This document shows, piece after piece, positions 39,402-51,100 of a stretch of DNA of 64,000 bases (position 1 is its first letter; every line of letters starts with the position of its first letter). This DNA comes from Armatimonadota bacterium (lineage in GTDB: Bacteria; Armatimonadota; UBA5829; DTLH01). The stretch lies in NCBI GenBank assembly GCA_039680575.1, contig JBDKSP010000088.1, positions 12,417-76,416 of the forward strand, in the 5' to 3' direction. Position numbers and translations under genes: made by a program. The notes under the pieces were generated by a model that made no database searches, was not told the origin of the DNA, and saw only the letters and a program-made list of their open reading frames with translations.

Positions 39402-42398
39402 TTGAACCATAGATATTTACAACTGATGCGATGCAAATGGGCTGTTATCTTATTCGCGGTGTTCGTGCTATCCGCGAATGCTGTCGCAGCAGATACTCCG
39501 GCAACATCGGCTTATGTACAAAACCAGTTATTAGTCCGGCTCGCGCCTGGCCTGACTGAAGCCGAGCGAGATGCCGCATTTGATAAGATTGGCGCCAAAT
39601 TGATCCGCCCTCTGGCGCTTGCAAACACATATCTCGTCGAGCTTGTGCCTACCCGTGGCGAAACTGTTCAATCTGCAATGACCAGGGCAAGTTCAGTAAC
39701 AGACATCACTACCGTCGGTCCGAACTATCGAAGATATCCTACTGCTTCGGTCCCGAATGATACTTTGTGGTCGAAGCTCTGGGGTATGAAGATGATAAAC
39801 GCGGACGATGCCTGGGATATTACGAAGGGCAGCTCCAGCGTAATTGTTGCTGTGCTCGATACCGACTTCAGCCTCGATCATCCCGATCTGAAAGACAGAT
39901 ACCTGCCAGGCACGGATACGGCGATGGGCGATGGTGATCCTTCTCCATGGGCTCAGAAGGATAAGTTGAGTCATGGGACCCATGTCACCGGTATTATAGC
40001 AGCCCAGGGAAACAACAGCGAAGGTGTCGTTGGTGTCTGCTGGGATGGAGTAAAGATTCTCCCCATAAAAGTGTTTGCTGACGATGGGTCAGGTGACTCG
40101 GCAGCCGTAATAGATGGACTGTATTATGCGAAAGCACAGGGCGCCCAGGTTATAAATATGAGCCTGGGTGGGGTTTATTCCGATTCTTTCGAGCATGACG
40201 CACTAAAAGACCTGTACGCTGCTGGTATTATAATCGTTGCATCCGCGGGTAATGAGGCTTCGACAGTCAGCTATCCCGCTGCGTATGCTGAAGTAATAGC
40301 GGTTTCCGCGTTGGGCGATGATGAACGTCCGGCCGATTACACAAACTACGGTTCTGAAATAGATATTGCCGCTCCTGGCGGTGAAGATGTCGAGGATGGC
40401 GCAGGTTCTATCTGGAGCACCTGCTGGTCCAAAGACAAAGGGAATTATTACTCAGGCTTGCAAGGGACATCGATGGCAGCGCCGCATGTCGCTGGCGCAG
40501 CAGCTCTTATGATCTCGTCAGGTATATCACCGAGCCAGGTTACAGGTATGCTTTACCGCGCAGCAAGATCGCCTAAAGTCGGTGTTCTCGATCCTTTGAA
40601 ATATGGAAATGGAATTCTCGATCTGTATCAGGCGATGCATGCAAATGCTGAAATCAATATAGTAACACCGGAAGATGCAGAAGTACTGGATACAACAACT
40701 CCTCAGTTCAAGATATCGACTTATCTTGTCCAGAAGAGCAGTATCAAGATTTATCTGGACTTTACGGATGCAAATAAAGACGGAACGCCAGATAATCTTG
40801 ATGAAAGTATCGTGCTGAACGGCACGACAATGGATTCGGATTCAAATGCCTCCTGGGATGCCGAAACCAGCACTCTTACTTTGAATTGGCCGTCAGTCGG
40901 ACAATCTCCACTGTCATCAGGCACTCATACAGTATGCGTTATGGGCGACCCTGAATCAGGCGCCAATTCCGGGACAGTAAAGGACTGGAAAGTATTTTTT
41001 GTAAGACCGAAAGTGATTTCGGCAGGGCGGCACATGTTATCGATTCCTTATCCGCTGTCGTCGGATGTGACACCTTCTGATTTATTCGGAGGGGATGATT
41101 TCTGGTTGGCCAGATACATTCCATCCCAAGATTCTTATGCCACGATAAACTATCCGTCGGGAAATGATGAAGATGCTGCCTGGCCGTCGAATCCAGGCGT
41201 ACATCCGCACGGTGATACTACGGATACTCCTCCTGCGGGTCTAGGATACTTCGTCGAGGTACTAACGGATACACCAATTTCAGTAAGTGGAACTGCAGAT
41301 AAGACCAGAGCTTATGATATTACCTTGACTCGAGGGTCGACCGGATGGAATATGATAGGAAACCCGTTCCCATTCCAGGTTGCTTGGGATAGTGTGAAGC
41401 TCACATATAGAGGTAAAACGCTGACGTTGAGAGACGCAGTTACAGCCGGTTGGATTCGTCAGGCTCTGTATAGATATACAACATCAGGATATACATTCGA
41501 GAATGATCTTATGAAGGCGGTTCTGGTACCTTGGGAGGGAAACTGGGTAAGGATACTTCCTGATTATCCGGATAGAAATACCGATACCATGGTCCTAATG
41601 GTCCCCCCGGTCGAGTCGACTTCTATTGTAGATGCATCAAAAAGCCGCGAGGCTACAACCAGCGATGGTTGGTCTGTAAATCTTGTAGCAAAAGTAGGAG
41701 ATGCTGTCGATTCTCAAAATCTGATAGGTATAGACAGCAGAGCGTCCGAAGGTTACGACAAGCTTGATGTAGAAGAACCGCCGGTTTTTAACGACTATGT
41801 TCAGTTGTCTTTCACGCATAGTGATTGGGTAGACAAAACAGGCCGTTACGCAAGCGACTTCAGGTCGAGTATAGGGACAGGCAAGACTTGGGAATTTAGC
41901 GTCAAAACTGATACATTGAACAAGGATGTTTCGATATCCTGGCCTGGAATAGCTTCAGTACCGAAGAATTGCCGGCTTGTCCTGGAAGATCTCGACAGCG
42001 GTAACAAGGTATATATGCGGACTAGAAACAACTATATATACAACTCAGGAACAACCGAAAGCTCAAGAAGATTCAAGTTATATGCAGAACCGTCGGACAG
42101 CGGTTCTCTGATGATTACAAATGTAGCTATCTCTCAAACGAGAGGATCAAGCGTAAGTATTAATTATACGATCTCGCGTGATGCGAGTGTTGAAGTCCGT
42201 GTGCGAGATAACAGGAATAAACTGATTCGCAAATTGGGCGGAAATACAACTCGCGCCGCAGGGATTAATTCGATGAGCTGGGACTGTGCCCTCAACAACG
42301 GAGACCAGGCTCCCAGCGGTCTATATATGGCGGAGATCGTTGCTACCGGACCGGATGGTGAGGTGGCAAAGACTATCAGGCCGATTCTGGTAAGGTGA
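39402..42398 (+). CDS. Secreted S8 subtilase with propeptide and C-terminal cassette ending in a FlgD-Ig-like domain
   Basis: Triad VAVLDTD / HGTHVTG / GTSMAAPHVAG, oxyanion SAGN; signal peptide; SWD..G..P.G.Y tail. Confidence 0.9.
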   Translation: MNHRYLQLMRCKWAVILFAVFVLSANAVAADTPATSAYVQNQLLVRLAPGLTEAERDAAFDKIGAKLIRPLALANTYLVELVPTRGETVQSAMTRASSVTDITTVGPNYRRYPTASVPNDTLWSKLWGMKMINADDAWDITKGSSSVIVAVLDTDFSLDHPDLKDRYLPGTDTAMGDGDPSPWAQKDKLSHGTHVTGIIAAQGNNSEGVVGVCWDGVKILPIKVFADDGSGDSAAVIDGLYYAKAQGAQVINMSLGGVYSDSFEHDALKDLYAAGIIIVASAGNEASTVSYPAAYAEVIAVSALGDDERPADYTNYGSEIDIAAPGGEDVEDGAGSIWSTCWSKDKGNYYSGLQGTSMAAPHVAGAAALMISSGISPSQVTGMLYRAARSPKVGVLDPLKYGNGILDLYQAMHANAEINIVTPEDAEVLDTTTPQFKISTYLVQKSSIKIYLDFTDANKDGTPDNLDESIVLNGTTMDSDSNASWDAETSTLTLNWPSVGQSPLSSGTHTVCVMGDPESGANSGTVKDWKVFFVRPKVISAGRHMLSIPYPLSSDVTPSDLFGGDDFWLARYIPSQDSYATINYPSGNDEDAAWPSNPGVHPHGDTTDTPPAGLGYFVEVLTDTPISVSGTADKTRAYDITLTRGSTGWNMIGNPFPFQVAWDSVKLTYRGKTLTLRDAVTAGWIRQALYRYTTSGYTFENDLMKAVLVPWEGNWVRILPDYPDRNTDTMVLMVPPVESTSIVDASKSREATTSDGWSVNLVAKVGDAVDSQNLIGIDSRASEGYDKLDVEEPPVFNDYVQLSFTHSDWVDKTGRYASDFRSSIGTGKTWEFSVKTDTLNKDVSISWPGIASVPKNCRLVLEDLDSGNKVYMRTRNNYIYNSGTTESSRRFKLYAEPSDSGSLMITNVAISQTRGSSVSINYTISRDASVEVRVRDNRNKLIRKLGGNTTRAAGINSMSWDCALNNGDQAPSGLYMAEIVATGPDGEVAKTIRPILVR

Positions 42399-42421
42399 TT
42401 GTGATAGGAGATAGAGTATTT

Positions 42422-45106
42422 ATGCTACGAACAGCAAAAATATTTGCCATTGTATTGTCGGCAGTCGCTTTGATCGTGCTGTCTGCCCCCGTATTCGCGC
42501 AGGATTATACTGCCGGTACCAGTAACGAATATCTGTTGGTAATGATGGGTCAGCAGGAAGATGTGTATGTATACGAGCCAGAAGAAAAGCCTGTCGAAAA
42601 GCCAAGGTCAGGCCGGTGGGTGATATATACTGTCAAAGGCGATCCGGAAATATCGGATGATGATAATATTCCGTTGGTAAGGACAGCGGCTGACGGTGGA
42701 CCGGGATGGAGACATGGGTTCACAACCATAAGAGTAGATAATACCAGTGAAATATTCGGAGATACTTCTCGCGGAGCTTGGGTGCTTTATCCATATATAA
42801 GTGATAAAGAAACGGGCAACTATGTGGGACTTACAGGGCAATATGTGTGCGGCCTGTGGTATGTTAACGCATCGGCTATAACTGCAAGATTCCGAATGGC
42901 GCTGGTAAGGGACCAGGTGAGGCTTGAAGTAGTACTGACCAATTATGACACCAAATCACATTATGTTGGTCTGAGACACTGCTGCGATGTAACAACCGAT
43001 GGAAATATAGATTCCATAACGCATCCGTATGTTCCAGGCAGTGGAGTTGTAATGGCTGAGACCGATTATTTAGGGTCAGCAATACCGGACTACTTTGAAA
43101 TGTATGATAGTATCAGCAGTCCCAAGGTAGCAGTGAGAAATACTCTAAACGAGCAGGATGCAACTGCACCTGACAGAGCAGCATTCGGTTCCTGGCAAAA
43201 TATGCAGGGAAGCGATTGGGACTTTACCGCTATACCGGATAGAGCTGTAGGGGATTACGGCTGGGCGCTCTGGTGGGCGCCTGCGCTCCTCAATCCACGT
43301 GAATCCAGGACAATTATCACTTATTTTGGAATGGCAGCAGCTACCAGTTCTTGGACATCAGATAGCGGCAGCATTGGGTCAGTGCCAAAGCAGGATCCTT
43401 TCTGCGTGGCAGTGCAGGGACCAAAATCACTCAGTATAGATTATGATTCAAGCCAGTCATCCGATACGATGCTGCAGACTAATCCGTTCAAGATAAAAGC
43501 ATATATATACAACCTGTATACTGGTGATACGACACTGAAAGATGTTCAAGTTCACTTAACCTTACCGGACGGATTAGAGTTGGTAGACGGGACCGCTACT
43601 CAAGAGATAACCAGCATACCGCCTGAAAGCGAAGGACTACCAGTAAGCTGGAATGTAAAGGCAACTGGTAAAGTGACAGGCACGCTCGATTATATCGTAA
43701 CAGTTAGCGGCTCGCCGGGGTTACAAAAGCAATTGACACGTAGTATAGTAGTCCCTTCTACAGGGACTACTCAGATACAGACAGGATGGCAGATGATCTC
43801 GACGCCATTCAAATTCGAGGATTCAAGGATAGAAGAAGCTCTGAATCTGGCGGATGATACTTATAGCGCATCATCATGGAATCCTCAGACACAAAGTTAT
43901 GATACTGTTACGAATATAGCCCCTGGTAAGGGGTACTGGTTAAAATCAACTATAGATAGGCCGACTACAAGAGTATCGACTAGCGCGAAACCTTTGTCGG
44001 GAGCTGAATCATATTCAATAGACCTTTATACTGGCTGGAATCAGTTTGGAAACCCGTACATTTATCCTATTCCTTGGGGAAGAGTAAGGGTTTTGGGGAC
44101 AGCACAGGACGGACTGCTTACGATAGACGAGGCAGTTTCAAAGAACCTCATCAGAAAGACTATTTACTGGTGGGATACTGCCGCTGGTGAATATAGTATG
44201 TCATCAGATGAGATGGAAAATCTGGTTCCCTGGCAGGGGTATTGGATAAAAGCTAAGCAGCCATGCCAGTTGATTATTCCTGCAGTCAGTGAGATAGGTG
44301 CAACCTTAAGTGGAGATACTACGAGAAGTAGAGGAAAAGCATCTTCTGCTTCCAGTACGACGAAATGTGATGGATGGAACCTAAAACTTGTGGCGAGAGC
44401 GGGAGAAGTTGAAGATTCCACAAATTATATAGGTATCGATAGCCGTGCATCGGACACATACGATTCAGCGGACATAGAAGAGCCGCCATCACCCGGTGAT
44501 TATGTCAGTATAAGTTTTCCACATACGGATTGGGGAGCTAACAGCGGTAATTATCTTTCGGACATCAGAAGATCCACAGGTGGGACACAGACCTGGGAGT
44601 TCAATGTAACATGTGATAAGAAAAATACGGATGTTGTATTGACATGGCCGGCTTTATCTGGTGTATCGAAAGATTATACTCTGAAAATGACTGATGTAGA
44701 CGGCAGCTTGACCAGATATATGCGGACTACAAGCTCATATAAATATAACTCTGGCGAAGGTGGAGTAAGAAGGTTTAAGCTTGTTGCCGAACCAAGAGGT
44801 AATAACAGCTTAATTATAAGCGGACTTGGAATAAATACTTCTCGAGCGAACGGCAGCGCAACGATATCTTATAATCTTTCCGCGGATGCGTCTACTGATG
44901 TCAGGATCAAATCGACTTCGGGCAGGATGGTCCGTAGCCTGGCCAAAGGTAGAGGCGTTACAAGAGGAATTAATAATCTTACCTGGAACTATCGGGATGA
45001 AACCGGAGAGGCGGTTCCTGCTGGCAGTTATATGCTGGAAGTAGTGGCAACTACACAGGAGGGAGAGGTCGTTAAGACGATACGGCCATTCCTCGTGGCA
45101 AGGTAG
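42422..45106 (+). CDS. Secreted protein with the same C-terminal cassette as the subtilase
   Basis: Signal peptide (VFA-Q); C-terminal ~440 aa align by eye with the subtilase C-terminus. Confidence 0.8.
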   Translation: MLRTAKIFAIVLSAVALIVLSAPVFAQDYTAGTSNEYLLVMMGQQEDVYVYEPEEKPVEKPRSGRWVIYTVKGDPEISDDDNIPLVRTAADGGPGWRHGFTTIRVDNTSEIFGDTSRGAWVLYPYISDKETGNYVGLTGQYVCGLWYVNASAITARFRMALVRDQVRLEVVLTNYDTKSHYVGLRHCCDVTTDGNIDSITHPYVPGSGVVMAETDYLGSAIPDYFEMYDSISSPKVAVRNTLNEQDATAPDRAAFGSWQNMQGSDWDFTAIPDRAVGDYGWALWWAPALLNPRESRTIITYFGMAAATSSWTSDSGSIGSVPKQDPFCVAVQGPKSLSIDYDSSQSSDTMLQTNPFKIKAYIYNLYTGDTTLKDVQVHLTLPDGLELVDGTATQEITSIPPESEGLPVSWNVKATGKVTGTLDYIVTVSGSPGLQKQLTRSIVVPSTGTTQIQTGWQMISTPFKFEDSRIEEALNLADDTYSASSWNPQTQSYDTVTNIAPGKGYWLKSTIDRPTTRVSTSAKPLSGAESYSIDLYTGWNQFGNPYIYPIPWGRVRVLGTAQDGLLTIDEAVSKNLIRKTIYWWDTAAGEYSMSSDEMENLVPWQGYWIKAKQPCQLIIPAVSEIGATLSGDTTRSRGKASSASSTTKCDGWNLKLVARAGEVEDSTNYIGIDSRASDTYDSADIEEPPSPGDYVSISFPHTDWGANSGNYLSDIRRSTGGTQTWEFNVTCDKKNTDVVLTWPALSGVSKDYTLKMTDVDGSLTRYMRTTSSYKYNSGEGGVRRFKLVAEPRGNNSLIISGLGINTSRANGSATISYNLSADASTDVRIKSTSGRMVRSLAKGRGVTRGINNLTWNYRDETGEAVPAGSYMLEVVATTQEGEVVKTIRPFLVAR

Positions 45107-45172
45107 TTCAGTTTGTTTGAAATGAGATATCGCAGGTTAATTGATAGGACAGGCTGGAAGGAAGATTTGAAT

Positions 45173-48100
45173 ATGATAGGGGTATGCAAGCGACTAGCTC
45201 TAGTTCTGGTATTTATTTTCGGAATAATGAGCCCGGTATATGCGAATTTGAGTGGAGGAACAGTCGGGCCAGCTCATCCGACTGTCAACTCAATTTCGAA
45301 TATTAGGTCAGTATGGGAAGTCGAAGACCAGAAAATACCAGATACTGAGGTATGGAGAACATACGAATTAGGTAGAAACCGGCTTACTACGGCATCAGCA
45401 TGGCAAGTAAATCCTAGTTACTATAGTCTGCAGCCGGACCCGGATGCGACAATAACGGAGACTTATAATGCAGTCGATGTCGTAGAATCGGTCTATGTAG
45501 AGGTGGATGGAAGTGGCAATATTGTACTTCCTGAGAATGCTGTCGGTATAAAAGGCGTCTGGATCGACCGATGGCAAAGGAAGAGTGTGTGGCCTGGCGG
45601 CGCATTTACTGGAAACACGATAACAAGCGCCCAAGTAACACTTCCTGCAGGTATTGCACATGTATTTGTATCCTATTATAAAGCGGGAACAAATCTGATA
45701 CATGTCGAGAATGCGCCTCTTCCAAGCGAATATACTGTATATAAATATCCAGTAACTGCTGGCTTGAAAAAGATTGTTATAAATCCGGAGATATTAAGGT
45801 TGGATCCGGATACCGCCGGATTAAGAAATGGCGGAGATGAATGGAATAACCTTCTAGGCGTATACGATAACGAGTCTTTGAAGGGTGTAGACTATGCCGC
45901 AAGCAGGAATATCGACACAGCCTCATCAACGATATCGTTTAGCAGAACCGTAAGCAGCAATGTCAGGAACCTTTACGTAAAGGTATCTACATATGCTATT
46001 GATTATGTCAGTATAAACGGTAATCAAGTGCTTCCTACCAGCTATGACCCGGATACAGGAGAGATAGTGCTTCCGGAAGAAGTAACAACCGGGCAGGCGG
46101 TGGAAGTATCATATCGCCCTCTTGGAAGAAATGTTGTGACGGTAGCCCAGGTTCCAATAACAGCGGTTACCTCAGTGAGTAGTGAAAACGGTAATTGCAC
46201 AGTCCAGGGATTTGATGCAGCTACTGGGAAGATAACACTACAGGATCCTCTAGAACAGGGAACAAGAACTCTATATTGCGTATATACAGCCACTGATATG
46301 CAAAATGTCACAGGCGAAGGTTCATGGAGTTGGATGGAAGGTGGCAAACCATTTCCTATTGTACGCGAAAGCGACGATCAGGATCAGCGGTATGCTTCTC
46401 TGCAGCCGGATCCCGCAACAGGTGGCGTAAGGGTTAAAGGCGGTCATGTGAAGTATGGGCCGTATAGACTAGATGAATGGGTGTTCCATGGTGTAGATAG
46501 AGTTGATGATGAAGATGCTGTTGGCGTAACCATGCTGGATGGCGATGGTAAGACAATAACAACAACAGGAATCGTCGACGCGGCTGATGATAATTGGGGG
46601 TGGACTGGTATATTCCTGTTGCCTGCTCATGAACCAGTCCTTATTAAAAGTGTAATTATATCAAGTATCATAGATGGCGAATTCGTAACGGATAACTATG
46701 CGGAGTTCGCCCAGATAATGGATATCAAAACTGCTGCAGGTGACACGGTTAGGGGTATTTACATAGATACGGACACAGCGGATGTAGGAGAAAGAGCGTT
46801 TGCTGCCAGAATATCGTACTATGTAAGTGGGAAAAACATGGTGTTGGTGCCAGGACCTTTGCCTATGCCCGCGACAGTTAGAGAAATAGACCTCGATAAT
46901 CTTTTCCAGCCAAGGTCTAACTTATTGAGGATCAACCCGAATTTGATTCAGTTTGATCCTGACACTGAAAATTGGAGAGCAAACGCCCTAAGTACCAATT
47001 TATTGGACGGATATAATGTCCTGGGTGTATTCGATAACGCAAACCTGACAGGATGGAACTATTGGACTCCCGGATCCGGAAAAATAACAATAGATGCAAC
47101 CGGCGCTGCAGTTTTGCAGTTGAATTGTGTTCCTACGAGTTCAGTTACTAGATTATTCGTTAAAGTATCGAGCTATGCCGTTGATGGTGTTTTTACTCAG
47201 TCAACCGGCGGAGCTAATTATTATCCAGGCAGATTAGCGGATGCATTAGCAACAGATCCAGGCAATGATGTAATGAACGATGGCCATGATTATGCCTGGT
47301 ACGATCCTAATATCACATCAGAGAAGCTGGAATCTACTGGATACGCGGAAACCAGAATTGGCGAAATTCACCTTGCAAAGTCATTGCCTGCAAGTGGTCA
47401 AGCTGTGTACGTGTCTTGGCGGAAATTGAGCAGGAAGAGTGTATCGCCTGCGCGACCTCGTGTTATGGCTGTTCCAGTATTCCAATATCTGGGAGATCCG
47501 GATATGCCGATGGACGAGGATGAGAATCCTCCGATAGATGCGATAGGATATCTTTCCGCAACTCCACCGGTAAATTCGGTCAGATTAAACTCATCAGGAA
47601 GCCTGCCGGAAGGCACCCAGAATGTATACTACATGGAATACCATGCGGGAATGTGTGTTGGCGGCACAGCTACATCGGCAGTATACGTCTATGGGTTATT
47701 AAGATTTACATTCCAGCCGATGTATATCGTACCAGCTGAGAGTTCTGCAACGGAGTTTGTATACAGACTTGCTGTAAGCGCTGGGTTGAATATGAGTAAG
47801 GCCATACAGCAGCCTTCATATGATTTGAATGATCGGACCAACAATCTTCTTCTGATGGACCCAAGAGCTCATCCGGTGGACTATGCACCGCTTATAAAAA
47901 CTGAGCAGGGTAGGATAGACCCAATAACTCGTGAATTTGAGTTTTATGCAGCTTCACATCCGGATAAATTGGGTTCGACTCCAACAATATCTCAAAAAGG
48001 GCCAATCAGCACGACTGTGCATGCATCAACCGTAGGGCGTGGTACGGATGGTACTGTTGATTATGGTGGAACCTATCGATATGGGTATGGGCTTGATTGG

Positions 48101-51100
48101 CTTACAAACTACAATACAGATCCGGATTTCCCAGTAAGCTTTGCTGGCGGCGACCCGTTAACACCGGTTATGCCATCTCCGATAGTCTCTGATTCGATAA
48201 TCAGCGATGATGGAGCATCGAGCACAACATATACGTTTAGAGTTCGCTATTGGAACAAGGATAACATTCCTCCAAGAGCATGGCTAAAACCGTGGGCGGA
48301 TGAATCTGGCGCTTCCGAATCAACGGGTGTTGTATTGTATCTTGACCTGATGAATGTTCTCGATATTCCAGCAGAGAGCAGTCAAAGCAGCTATAGGCCG
48401 CACTTTATGACAAAGGAGTACACAGCCGATAACGACTATACAGACGGATGCGATTATATATATACAATCGCGCCGTCATCATCGAATGAGTACATATCCC
48501 TGATAACTGGAACATATCATTATTTCTTCGGATGTTCGGACGATTCGCTTAAATTAGATGATATGGATGATAACGTTGTTACAGATGATGACATTTTGCT
48601 TTTCGATGGTCAGCTGTCTGGCACTAGCTGGGCTAATTATGATCAAACTAGCAGGACACTTACCCGTTCCAGTACTGGCCTAGATCCTTTCGAGCCAAGA
48701 AGCCTTAATGACAATGACGGCAGGCCTTGGATGCCGAGAGATATGGGTAGACGTTATAGCGCCTTCGGTGATGATAGTCCAGGCAGACCAATTAAGGATG
48801 AACCGGGTCCGCAGGATTGCCAGATATATGTCGACAGGCAGGATAGAGCACCGGGTCAATTCGAGTTCCTCTATCCTCAGCAGTATGAGTGGAAGTGTAT
48901 AGAACATCCTGATATATCGATTACATTGAGTGGGTATGGCAGTAAAGCTGCCGATGGTTTCCCGAGGTTCTTTGGGACAATAAGTCCATTCTATAGAGCA
49001 GTAAACCCGAGCGAAGGTACACCGTGGGTATATGCCGGCTTCGGTTATATGGCTTCACGCATGGAATCTTGTGGCGCCACGACTTCGACTATGCTTACGT
49101 TCAAGGTCAAGTGTTATCAGAGGGATAATACTGCTCCGCTCTGGGTGAAGGTCTTCATAAACAATGAGAGTATGAAGATTCTCGATTACAATACAGGGCA
49201 GTCGATGAAACCGGAGAACGGCGGTTATACAGGCTATACAATGATGCCTGCTGCCGTCCAAACATCGGAGTATCAGTCACAGACAGCGCCATACGATTAT
49301 TCGCTTGGTGTTGATTACGAGTTCAAGACCCAGCTTCCCGCCGGGCCGCATACCTATTTCTTTATGGCAAACGATGGTATAGCGACTGCGCTTTATCCTG
49401 CAAGGCCTGAAGGAGATAAATGGATTGCAGGTGTACAGCAGAATGATGATGCCGGATTCGATAACAATTACTGTCCGGGACCATATATCAACAATGCATG
49501 CCAATTGTTGACCCCGAGCGTAACTCCGGCGACTGGTATCCAGGGACAGCAGTATGTATACAGGGTGCTATATAAAGATGCCGATGGGCAGCGCCCGTAT
49601 AAGACAAAGATATATATCGATACAGGTACCACAAGTGGCGTAATATCGGTAGATATGCTCAAAGAGGACCCATCCGCTTCTGATTATAAAAATGATGGCG
49701 TATGGTATGTGCTAAATACTGCAACGATGGAGGATCGTACACTTGCTAAGGGTGTAAGGCGCTATAGATTCGAGTTTACCGATGACTGGGGCAGGCCTGA
49801 CGATCCTAACGACGCAATAGAAGGTCAGATGACAAACTATCCAGCGTCTGGCTCCTGGGTAGATGGTCCTACTATCGGTGAGAATGTACCTCCGACACTA
49901 AGGTATGGGAAGATAGAGAGCCCGGATGGTACGGCAAACGGAGCTACGCTTTGGGGATTCGAAGTTGAATATAAAGACTTAAATAGCGATGCTCCCAAGT
50001 ATGTAACTCTATACACAGGCAGATTACAAGATGATGGTACCACGATAGAGTGGGACAACGGGACTCAAATGTCACAGGCCGACCCCGGTGACAGTATATA
50101 CAGTGATGGTTGTGATTTCGTGTTGCAGAAGAGGCTGGAGCAGGCATTAGATCCTACAGATGATGCGCCTACATATTATTATGCGTTTGAAGCGTCTGAT
50201 GGTATAAGCCTGGCGACATGGGTAGGAGAAGATGATCCGACAATTGATAAGATCTCTGAATCAGCGGGATGCCTTCTCAAGGAACCGCTTACAACAACGG
50301 ATTATCTGACTTATTCCTGTAGTAAAACGCCTATTGTAGGGACGCTGCAGAACCAGCCGACAGATGCCGGTATTCTTATAGACCCGATTGTTTGGGCTTA
50401 TATGAATGGCGATACGGCAAACCCGGTAATTTTGAGCCGGAAAGACGAGTATGTATGTAAAGGCGTAAACCAGAATCTAACAGGAGCGAACACTGTATCT
50501 CGATATTACCCGGCAGATCCTCCGGGTTCGGATTTGATTCCGGTTGAGGCAATAGACCCGGCATATAAGCCGGACATTACTGAGGTTATTGGTGTATATG
50601 ATAATTCCAGCTTAACAGGAACGAATTATTTCCTTGCGGATGATGGTACACCAGGAACATATTCAAGTACAAGTTTCATGATAACCTTGCAGAAGAGTCT
50701 CCCCTATGGTCAAAACTGGGTGTGGATCAAGTATAACCATAGCGGAAATCATTCTTATACGCTGGACCGGTGGAACGGTGAATTTACCTTCGATGAGGCA
50801 ATGGATTCTACAGATGTGTTAGTAGTAGACTATTTCTTCGGAACAAAACACGAAATTCCGATAGGAATAAATATACCGCCGACATTGAGTAGTCCAAAGC
50901 TTACACCGATGGTAGGCGGATCCGGCACAGACTTCGTATATTCTATAGAATATAAGGAGACTGAGGGGACGAATGGTCAAGCGCCATCGTTTGTTAGGGT
51001 CGTTATAGACGGTGTAGAGCACACGATGAGCACGACAGTGTCGGATACACCGTCCTATAGATCAAGCGTAGTATATAAATATACCGCGAAGCTTGAGAGC

